The notes beneath the pieces are model-generated. The model was not told the origin of the DNA, searched no databases, and worked only from the letters and a program-made list of their open reading frames with translations. The translations under genes and the position numbers were made by a program. Shown piece by piece: positions 29,158 to 37,359 of a DNA stretch of 64,000 nt (position 1 is the stretch's first letter; every line of letters begins with the position of its first letter). Location: the IMG/VR virus record IMGVR_UViG_3300037508_000348; one strand, 5' to 3'. This DNA comes from an uncultured virus (IMG/VR IMGVR_UViG_3300037508_000348). Taxonomy: Duplodnaviria; Heunggongvirae; Uroviricota; Caudoviricetes.

Positions 29158-29631
29158 TCAAAACCACCAAGGCTTGGCTATGCCTTTTTCCCAACGTGCG
29201 AAGTCTTTGGTTCTGTAATACGCGCGGTACGCTGTGACCGCATCTGGGTTTTTATATTCTTCGGGCATCGCCTGAGCAAACGGCGTGGGGCCTATATCTG
29301 GCAGCGTACGTATCACTTCTTTATTATTTTTCACTACGTCCTTAATCACCTCCCACGACTTATGATTCACCTGCCTACCATATCGCCATCGGTATTGGTA
29401 GTTCATTTCCTTAGCGTGTTCAGTGAGCCAATGGAAATTCTCCTGACTGGCACGGGTCCAGATGGTGCATGGGTGAGAAACGTGTGTGGTTTTGTAGGGT
29501 GTGCTGCCTCCTCTCTCGTTGATCGTTGCACATATCATTTGGGCAGACTCAAGGATCATCTTCGATATGTGTTTATCACATAGCATAATCGCGGCCAGCC
29601 TAGGATCAGCGTCAAGGACAAATATATTCAC
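29158..29631 (-). CDS. Pyrimidine-dimer DNA glycosylase (DenV-like) family protein
   Basis: MNIFVLD..DKHISKMILESAQM..HPCTIW..AQAMP..AYRAYY. Confidence 0.8.
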   Translation of the reverse strand: MNIFVLDADPRLAAIMLCDKHISKMILESAQMICATINERGGSTPYKTTHVSHPCTIWTRASQENFHWLTEHAKEMNYQYRWRYGRQVNHKSWEVIKDVVKNNKEVIRTLPDIGPTPFAQAMPEEYKNPDAVTAYRAYYRTKDFARWEKGIAKPWWF

Positions 29632-29658
29632 AGCACACCTCTCTCATTATTTAGACGT

Positions 29659-31292
29659 CTAAAAATCTAACTTTTCTCCCCGTATGGCGCTATTGTACCG
29701 CTCAATCACCCACTCCTGCGCCAGCCTATCAAGCGTAGCTTGCTCCAAGTACCCTCTCACATCCGTCCCATCACGGCAATCCCTTACACTGATTACATAC
29801 ACATCTCCATACACTACCTCACACCGCACCGTGCACCGCTTCTCTTCAATGCCGATTAAAGCTTTCATTTCAGTTCCTCCGGTATATCTATCTCATCGCC
29901 TAATTTACTCTCCACGAAGCTCCGCATGGCTGCGATCAGTGGGGTTGGTCCTGTACTCCATGAGTGCCCGTTTAGTCGAGCAGCCCAATGAAATCGGCAT
30001 TCAATATCCAACTTCTCTCGCTCAATGATCGGCCCGCCATGCGCCCAGTCTGAGGAGTAGTAAGGCCACGTCTGGATCATCACCCCGCCAGTGGGCACCA
30101 GATCGCCTTCCAACATAGCCACTGCCCAGTCGAGGGCGGGGCCAATTAGTTCACTGGTTTTCATACCACCTCTCCCATGTTTAGACCGTCTAATTTCTTA
30201 ACCCACTCATCTATATCTTCCTGTGGCACCTGCACCACGTGCGGGTAGCCGTTGCGGTTCCTCCACTGGGTGATGTGCTTGCTTGTCGTCCTTGAGTATT
30301 TTGTAGTTGTCTCCATCCATCCTAGGCCCGGAATGTATGCGGCCACGCTTTCAATGTAGGAAACTAAAATCACAGCGCCGTTCTCGTATCTATGCTCGGC
30401 AGCGGATTGCTGCCCTATCTTTTTAATTTGCTTATTCATCATCTTTCTCCTACTTTGTGTTGGTTATGTGGCGCAGCGCCGTGTCTATGTGGTCGTCATT
30501 GAGATATGAGTACAGAGTGTCACACATATAGGTAATCAGTCCTGCACGCCTAGCCACACACCATCTGTACGCCTTGCCGCTCATACCTTCGGGTTGGGGA
30601 ATAGCCTCCATTATTGGTTGCATGGTGGCTCGCATGTGTTCGAGATGTTCTGGCTTGATCTTCATTGCTGTTCTCCATAAGCTGATTCGATTGGCTCTTC
30701 ACAGTGGGCGCAGTGCAGGGCTGCATCCTCATAATTTATTTCATGGGCGATCACTCTGAACATATCGCCCTGCTTGGGTTTGTGCATCTCCCATAGCACA
30801 GACTTGAACCCCCTCCTCACACACTTGTGGCACAATGGCTCGCCGTCAGCAGCAAGGAAAAATGTAGGATACCCACCCGGCCAAGCATAGGGGCCAGCCC
30901 GCAGTGCTTGCTTTAGCTCTTGTGTGTTCGTGATTTGCATTGTCTTACCCTCTCAAAAATTAGACCGTCTAAAAAGACTCGTCATCAAATCCAAAGTTGA
31001 ACTTCTCTTCCGCTGTCATGAGGTCATAGCACAGTGCCCATAAGTCACCATCTTGATGCAAGAACCATGTGTTCCCACCTTTAGTGTATTTAGCCTCGTT
31101 TATTATCTGGTCCCATGCGTCCCAATAGCCCTCTTCATCCGGTCCAGCAGCGCAGGTGTCTAATGCCCACTTGTCTCGTTCATAGTCCAACCCCCACTCA
31201 GCCATATCGAAGTTAGCAACAAAGTCACGCGGAATGTATTGACCACGCGCACTGCTCAACAAGCACTCAACTGCATCTAACTTGCTCATCAC
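29659..31292 (-). CDS. Six small early genes (29659-29868, 29865-30164 DUF2591-like, 30161-30442, 30450-30665, 30662-30940, 30969-31292)
   Basis: Packed ORFs with SDs; LDWAVA..YSSDWAHGGPIIERE..GPTPLIAAMR; YSRTTSKH; YAWPGGYP. Confidence 0.65.
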
Positions 31293-31378
31293 CTTTCTCC
31301 CAAAATTAGACCGTCTAAAAATGTCGGTCTGTGTCTACTGCATGGGGTGCAGCGCCCTGTCTTCTCAACTTGGTATAT

Positions 31379-31408
31379 ATTATATACCTATTTCCTATCT
31401 TTTGTCAA
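31379..31408 (-). promoter_or_regulatory. Consensus sigma70 early promoter
   Basis: TTGACA-N18-TATAAT. Confidence 0.8.
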
Positions 31409-31478
31409 TCCCTTGTGCTTTTTAGACCGTCTAAAAACTCGCCATCCTTGGCGTTAGTTCTCTTACTTACTGAGGTAT

Positions 31479-31508
31479 ATTATACACTATTTTTATGTGT
31501 GTTGTCAA
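31479..31508 (-). promoter_or_regulatory. Consensus sigma70 early promoter (tandem, 100 bp upstream of the previous one)
   Basis: TTGACA-N18-TATAAT. Confidence 0.8.
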
Positions 31509-31519
31509 CCCTCCTCCTG

Positions 31520-32299
31520 TTATCCTTTCGCTATACTTATCTTTTTGGGAGTGATTAGACCGTCGACATGCGTCTCTGTCATGGGTTTGTTGACCACTTG
31601 CCCACTGTTTGACACGTCTACCCACCACGGTATCTGTCCCGGCACAAACTCTCCCAACTCCATGCGGTCCAGTAGCTCCATCATGGTAGCTTTCGTCACG
31701 ATGCTATTGCCTCCATCGTCTGGCATGGACTCCCAATACACGCGCGTCGCGTCGATCACCTCTCTGTCTATGGGTGCAGTCCAGTTTATGACTCTCGCGC
31801 TCAGGTTTCTTTTGACGGGCATATTGCCCTTAGTACGATCAATCACTCCCGGCATATACACGGTACGCGCTCCCGCCTTAACTCTGTAGTCGTAATCGAA
31901 CCGCGTGTTGTACGGCTCGGATACGTCCATCTTCAAAGCTCCAGACGGAATGTATACGTGGTGCTGCCATGTGCCTTGCACCTTGCCCTGTATGTCAAAC
32001 CCAAGCCAAGGATTCAATATGTCGTAAGCGTCCATGTGGTTTGGCACTCGCACCTCACCGCTCGCCATGAACCCGCACTGCCTAAGCTGCCGATTCTGCT
32101 GACAGACTCTAATAAAGAAGTCTAGCTCAGGCAAAAAGAGAGTGTGTTTGGTGCTGTTTATGCGACTAGCTGCTAACTTATGTGGTTTTGGCCCCGTCTT
32201 TTGTACGAAAACACCATCGTTTTTTAGACGGTCTAAAAATAATGGGTATAATTTTTCCAGTATTTTGTGTAACTTTTCGTCCTGTGGGTCTGCTGACAT
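31520..32299 (-). CDS. Hypothetical early protein (259 aa)
   Basis: Long ORF with its own promoter; no recognised motif. Confidence 0.65.
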   Translation of the reverse strand: MSADPQDEKLHKILEKLYPLFLDRLKNDGVFVQKTGPKPHKLAASRINSTKHTLFLPELDFFIRVCQQNRQLRQCGFMASGEVRVPNHMDAYDILNPWLGFDIQGKVQGTWQHHVYIPSGALKMDVSEPYNTRFDYDYRVKAGARTVYMPGVIDRTKGNMPVKRNLSARVINWTAPIDREVIDATRVYWESMPDDGGNSIVTKATMMELLDRMELGEFVPGQIPWWVDVSNSGQVVNKPMTETHVDGLITPKKISIAKG

Positions 32300-32335
32300 A
32301 GGTGTAATCCGTGTATTAAAGTTGAAGGAGGTGAA

Positions 32336-32364
32336 ATTTTAATCGAATTTTGAGGGGGCGTCAA
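32336..32364 (-). promoter_or_regulatory. Sigma70-like promoter
   Basis: TTGACG-N17-TAAAAT. Confidence 0.6.
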
Positions 32365-32933
32365 CTGTTTGAGACAAGAATCGTCGGTTAGCTTCGGTTT
32401 TAAGGAACGAAAACGGAACTTTTACAAATAAATCGGTTGTGGGAAGACGGAAAAACAAGGGAAAATTTCATGTACCGAACAAAGACGTTCAGAAAGAAAA
32501 ACAAGGATTAGTCGGATGAGATGGAGGGGGGAGCGGATAAGAAAAAGCTAATATCAGGCGGGGCGCGGGCTGTGGGTGTAAGGAAAGAGGAATTTCAAAG
32601 TATGAGAGAAATGACATTACATACACGGTAACAACGTACTACCCTAGAGTGCTTTTGGTTTTCCCCTCCCTCCCTCCTCCCAAAAAAACTCGCCTGGGGA
32701 AGTAGTAGTAGTGTATGTAATATAATTATTATTATTAGTCTATAAAACAACTAGAGGCGAAAACTTAGGCAAACCCCTAGCAAGGCCCATGCCAAAACCC
32801 GCGCGGCAAAAGTCCTGAGTCCTAGGTCCTAGTAAACAGAACTAGCTTCATTTTTTAGACGGTCTAAAAAATGGTGATGCCCGTGCGCCGACTCGATGCA
32901 ATGTTATAACGTCACAACAAAAACGACGGGCAC

Positions 32934-32959
32934 AAAAAAGCCGCCCACATGGGCGGCTT
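32934..32959 (-). terminator. Intrinsic terminator
   Basis: AAGCCGCCC-N4-GGGCGGCTT with a T tract on the minus strand. Confidence 0.8.
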
Positions 32960-33038
32960 AGGGGTTTTGTAGGTTAGGCTAGCTTATCAACCAATGCCGG
33001 AAGTAGTAACAGCAAAGCTAAGATTGTGTAAGGGTGCA

Positions 33039-33857
33039 TCACTTGCCCCCCTTGCAAAACAGATCCCTAGACTCAACCAAACAGCGCGTAACTATCCCTA
33101 CGTTAGAATCTAACATCGTGGCAAGGATGGGCGCGAACTCGCCTCTAAAAGCGTCATTCTTAAAAAGTTGATCCAACAGGAGCGCACAGTGCTCATGAGG
33201 GCTGAGGGGCTCCTCAGTCGACGATATATTAGGCCTCGCTATCTCGCCCTTGGCTGTGGCCTTTTGTGGCGTGGCGGGCTTTGTAGACGCCGCTTTGGGG
33301 GCTTCTGGCGTGGTGGGTGGGATTAGACTATCCACGGCCTTTTGGAAAGCCTCCAGCTTAGTTGCGGGTGCGGGTGCGGGTTTTTCCTCGCTGGCGGGCG
33401 TGGTGGGGGCTATCGTCGACGCTTTCGGGTCCACCCAGTTAGGATTGACTTTCCCGTGGCCGTTTAGCGCAGTCCACGTTCTAGCTTTCCTCAGCCGGTC
33501 AGCGTTCCTGTCCGTTGGCAGTATCTGGTATTCAAGGCATGTGCGGATTACTCCGAGCCATGCCGCTATCCTTGCCTCCGCTCTTTTTTTAGCTTCCGCG
33601 TCCTCCTCTCCGGGGATATCGTCGTCGTCTCGTATAGGCCACTCCAGCTCTTTGACAATTGGATAGAACAATACCCGCTTCTCTTTCCATGCTTTGTTAT
33701 CACCAACAGGGATTTTGTTTGCCTTAATGACGGGTTCCAATACTAGTCGCGCATTCTCTAGACGCGTTTTTAGTTCACTAACAGCTTTCGAATCGTTGGC
33801 ATACGATTCGAAAGCATCCATAAAGGTGCCGTCCACCCCGTTCGTTTCATTGCTCAT
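33039..33857 (-). CDS. Hypothetical early protein with Pro/Ala/Thr linker
   Basis: About 272 aa; GAGAGG SD. Confidence 0.7.
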   Translation of the reverse strand: MSNETNGVDGTFMDAFESYANDSKAVSELKTRLENARLVLEPVIKANKIPVGDNKAWKEKRVLFYPIVKELEWPIRDDDDIPGEEDAEAKKRAEARIAAWLGVIRTCLEYQILPTDRNADRLRKARTWTALNGHGKVNPNWVDPKASTIAPTTPASEEKPAPAPATKLEAFQKAVDSLIPPTTPEAPKAASTKPATPQKATAKGEIARPNISSTEEPLSPHEHCALLLDQLFKNDAFRGEFAPILATMLDSNVGIVTRCLVESRDLFCKGGK

Positions 33858-33880
33858 GATTATCACCTCTCGTTAAAAGT

Positions 33881-34135
33881 TTAATTGTTACCAAGCAGGG
33901 CTACCGCCTCCGCTTGGGTTAATGCCACCAATGCGGCTTTGTCGTGAGTGTCTGCGAATTGTTCAAAGTGTCTTTCGTCCGCTCCGAACGCCCATAAATT
34001 AGCCTTGTGGGCCTCCACCTTACGGAACGCGCTCAGCAACTCACGTTTGTCTGCTTTCTCCCATCGTCTGTAAACCGTACCCGATATGGGTACGTCGTGT
34101 CCAAACACGCTATTTATCATGATATCTATATCCAT
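33881..34135 (-). CDS. Hypothetical first early protein
   Basis: GAGAGG SD; downstream of the promoter at 34278-34307. Confidence 0.6.
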   Translation of the reverse strand: MDIDIMINSVFGHDVPISGTVYRRWEKADKRELLSAFRKVEAHKANLWAFGADERHFEQFADTHDKAALVALTQAEAVALLGNN

Positions 34136-34277
34136 TTTCGTCACCTCTCATTAAACCCCGGTCAGCGTGGCCGGTAACGTGGGAATAGGCTAACACTCTA
34201 AAATCATACAAGGCAACAACTTTTTTAGACTGTCCAATAAGCCGAAAACATCCGCATATAAGCAATATAATACTTAT

Positions 34278-34307
34278 ATTATACCACACTGACAGCGATC
34301 AGAGCAA
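34278..34307 (-). promoter_or_regulatory. Extended -10 promoter
   Basis: TTGCTC-N18-TATAAT with TG extension. Confidence 0.6.
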
Positions 34308-34333
34308 GCTAAGTGACTGATTTATAAGGGGGT

Positions 34334-34455
34334 GATGTCAAGCGATGTCAAGCGATGTCAAGCGATGTCAAGCGATGTCAAGCGATGTCAAGCGATGTCA
34401 AGCGATGTCAAGCGATGTCAAGCGATGTCAAGCGATGTCAAGCGATGTCAAGCGA
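34334..34455. repeat. Perfect tandem repeat (GATGTCAAGC)x12
   Basis: Twelve identical 10-bp units plus GA, read directly. Confidence 0.97.
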
Positions 34456-34741
34456 AGCCGTAAGCGTTGACCCACCGGGCGGGGGGAGCCCCGTTGTAGA
34501 GCGGGACTCCTACGGAATATATAGACTATGTTCTTGACTGTGATCCGCCAAATTTTTCTAAGAATTACGAAAAGTAACAATGCTTTAATTTTTATAAAAA
34601 TTTTCCCCCGCTAATTAGTATCGACTCGACGTACCCCCTCTTTTCCTTTTTTCTCAGCTTGGGTCCCCTCTACCTCCCCTTGCGCTATTGTTTCCACTAT
34701 GCTACTTTCTTGTTTCTGGTCCTTTGGCCTGCTGAAAATTT

Positions 34742-35299
34742 ATGGAAGATTTTTTTCTTTTAGATGATATCGTCGAGGCAGATGCTGATCTGCTGTCTTT
34801 TCCGCTTGTGCTGGAGTTTGAAGGCTCTGTGCCTAATGCTGCGTTATTTTTAACGCCTGAACCTAACCGCCCACTGAAGAAAGGAGAGAAGGAGTGGGTG
34901 CGAGAAGCTGTAAAAAACCCCACCAACCAAGAGATCATCAACGCTCCGCCCTCTGCCCCTGCCCTCCGTGCGTTAGAAAAGCAACTTGAAAACTACAGCG
35001 GCACCATGCCGGTCACAAAGGAGCAGTGGCAGAACTATGTGATGAAGCAGTATTTTCTGCAGTCACGCGACCCCGACCCAAAAGTTTCCAAGCCCGCGCT
35101 GGATGCCATAGCCAAGACAAATTTAGTAGGGCTTCACAATGATGTGCAAGAGATCAACATCAACACAAAAAGTACGATAGAGCTCGAAGCCACCCTCGCA
35201 CAAAAGCTGCAGCAAATACTGACAAAAAAGAAAACCCCCGCCGAGGAAGAACCCATTGAAGCGGAGTGGAGCGAAGCGGAGTGGAGCGAAGCAGAGTGA
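34742..35299 (+). CDS. Putative terminase small subunit
   Basis: Directly upstream of and coupled to TerL; helical protein with ALDAIAK..VGL pattern. Confidence 0.6.
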   Translation: MEDFFLLDDIVEADADLLSFPLVLEFEGSVPNAALFLTPEPNRPLKKGEKEWVREAVKNPTNQEIINAPPSAPALRALEKQLENYSGTMPVTKEQWQNYVMKQYFLQSRDPDPKVSKPALDAIAKTNLVGLHNDVQEININTKSTIELEATLAQKLQQILTKKKTPAEEEPIEAEWSEAEWSEAE

Positions 35300-36807
35300 A
35301 CGAAGAAGACATCACAAAAGCGCTGGCGCTAGCCTCTCCAAAGGAAAAAACAGAACTCCTCACACTGCTGGATGAGCTCGAAAAGCGCAAAATCCGCGAA
35401 GAGGCACAAGAAGACTTTTTAGCATTCGTGCGTTCACAATGGCCTGAATTTGTTAGCGGCTCACATCACAGGCGCATTGCCAAACTCTTCGAGGACGTAG
35501 CGGCAGGTAGAAAGAAACGTATAATAATAAATCTCGCTCCTCGACATACAAAATCGGAGTTTGCATCGTATCTGTTCCCTGCATGGTTCCTCGGCAAGCA
35601 CCCCAAGAAGAAGGTCATGCAGGTGTCGAATACGGGTGAGTTGGCTGAGGGCTTTGGGCGTAAGGTGCGAAATCTGTTTGAGAAGGAAGAGTTTAGAAGT
35701 ATTTTTCCCGACGTAGAGCTACGCGCCGACTCCAAGGCGGCAGGGCGGTGGAACACCAATTACGGAGGTGACTATTATGCTACGGGTGTGGGTGCAGCTC
35801 TGGCTGGCCGTGGTGCTGATCTATGTATTATCGACGACCCTCACACGGAATCAGAAGCGCTTTCGGCAGCTTTTAACCCCGGAATATACGATAAGGTTTA
35901 TGAGTGGTTCACTACGGGACCCCGCCAGCGACTCCAGCCGGGAGGAGCCATAATCATTGTTCAAACGCGGTGGTCCCTCCGAGACTTGACAGGGCAGATC
36001 ATCGACCATGCTGCCAAAGATGCAAAAGCCGATCAGTGGGAGGTGTTTGAGTTCCCCGCCATTCTCCCGAGTGGCAACCCACTGTGGCCTGAGTTTTGGG
36101 TGATTGAAGAGTTAGAGGCTACCCGAGCGACGATCAACAACGCAGCAAAGTGGAGCGCTCAGTACCAACAAAACCCTACGTCAGACGAGAGCGCCATAAT
36201 AAAACGCGCAGACTGGCAGATATGGACAAAGGACAAACCACCGCCGATGGACTACCTCATCATGGCGATGGACACTGCATTTGAAGCGAAGAAGAGCGCC
36301 GACTACAGCGCAGCCGTTATCTTTGGGGTGTGGACAAACGATGAAGATGGTGGACAGCCTAACCTCATGCTGTTGGAGGCTTGGAGAGACAAACTAGAGT
36401 TCCCGGAGCTAAAACAGAAAACGAAAGAGTTGTACAAGGAGTGGGAGCCAGACAGTGTGATTATCGAAAAGAAGGCATCCGGGGCTCCGCTGATATATGA
36501 GCTGAGAAGGATGGGCATCCCCGTGCAGGAGTACACACCGAGTCGAGGGAATGATAAGATAACGAGACTGAATGCGATTGCAGACATTTTCGCTTCAGGT
36601 AAGGTCTGGGCTCCAGATAGGCGATGGGCAGATGAGTTGATAGAAGAAGTAGCGAGTTTCCCTGCGGGGCGTTACGATGATTTTGTAGACTGTACCAGCC
36701 TTGCCCTTGCACGTTATCGTGCGGGTGGTTTTATTGGAACGCGGAATGACCAGAGCGACGAGGAGTATAATGGTGGTTTTTATCGGCGTAGAGCCGCGTA
36801 TTATTAA
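35296..36807 (+). CDS. terL: Terminase large subunit
   Basis: APRHTKSE, GRGADLCIIDDPH, QTRW, YQQNP, DTA..ADYSA, IEKKASG, DDFVD; GTG start overlapping the terS stop. Confidence 0.95.
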   Translation: MNEEDITKALALASPKEKTELLTLLDELEKRKIREEAQEDFLAFVRSQWPEFVSGSHHRRIAKLFEDVAAGRKKRIIINLAPRHTKSEFASYLFPAWFLGKHPKKKVMQVSNTGELAEGFGRKVRNLFEKEEFRSIFPDVELRADSKAAGRWNTNYGGDYYATGVGAALAGRGADLCIIDDPHTESEALSAAFNPGIYDKVYEWFTTGPRQRLQPGGAIIIVQTRWSLRDLTGQIIDHAAKDAKADQWEVFEFPAILPSGNPLWPEFWVIEELEATRATINNAAKWSAQYQQNPTSDESAIIKRADWQIWTKDKPPPMDYLIMAMDTAFEAKKSADYSAAVIFGVWTNDEDGGQPNLMLLEAWRDKLEFPELKQKTKELYKEWEPDSVIIEKKASGAPLIYELRRMGIPVQEYTPSRGNDKITRLNAIADIFASGKVWAPDRRWADELIEEVASFPAGRYDDFVDCTSLALARYRAGGFIGTRNDQSDEEYNGGFYRRRAAYY

Positions 36808-36819
36808 GGAGGAGAGAGT

Positions 36820-37314
36820 ATGGTAGCTGGTATAGTGGAAGCGATAGCGGGGCAGGTAGAAAGAGCGCTTAAACAACAAGAGGAAGAGAAAATGATACAC
36901 GCAGAAATACCGAGAATATACGCAGAATTAGAGAACGAAATGGTAAAAGGACCAACGAAACCGCTCCGGCAAAATGAGACGATGGGGTTAAAGCCAGAAC
37001 AATACAGCGCATGGGAGAAGCACATTATAGAAGAGTACGCCGATGCAGAGAACGAATTAGTAAAAGAAACAGAAAAAAGAGAAAGCGCAGAGAAAAAAGC
37101 AAATGACAGGCAGGTTGGCGAAACGCAACACTATAAAAAGCTATCAATCCAACCGTGGGACGCTATGGAGGAGTGGCTTAGTCCCGATGAGTTTAGGGGC
37201 TATCTTATCGGTAACAGTTTGAAATATCTGGCAAGAGCAGGCAAAAAAGGGTCCTATAGGGAAGATATCCAAAAAGCCCACCATTATCTTGAGAAGCTCC
37301 TAGAAGTGCTATAA
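36820..37314 (+). CDS. DUF3310 domain protein
   Basis: QVGETQHY..IQPWD..GYLIGNSLKYLARAGKKG..EDIQKAHHYL. Confidence 0.8.
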   Translation: MVAGIVEAIAGQVERALKQQEEEKMIHAEIPRIYAELENEMVKGPTKPLRQNETMGLKPEQYSAWEKHIIEEYADAENELVKETEKRESAEKKANDRQVGETQHYKKLSIQPWDAMEEWLSPDEFRGYLIGNSLKYLARAGKKGSYREDIQKAHHYLEKLLEVL

Positions 37315-37359
37315 TACGCAAACACCAAAACTGGGCACACATTTTATAGGACACACCAC

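Larger units (their letters stand above)
23114..34237. repeat. Dispersed palindrome family TTTTAGAC(N0-1)GTCTAAAA, about 14 copies
   Basis: Copies starting near 23114, 25402, 27027, 27916, 28431, 29650, 30180, 30960, 31306, 31419, 31555 (degenerate), 32220, 32849 and 34221 (degenerate). Confidence 0.9.

Noticed and set aside
23114..34237. Palindromes as CRISPR repeats or IS ends
   Set aside because: Spacing is irregular and gene-sized; there is no cas operon or transposase. The Cas4-like gene is a normal phage replication exonuclease.
34334..34455. Tandem array as a CRISPR array or as the 60-aa ORF 34355..34537
   Set aside because: There are no spacers, and the ORF is only the repeat read through.
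35258..35295. 15-bp duplication (EAEWS twice) at the terS end
   Set aside because: Minor slippage duplication with no evident function.
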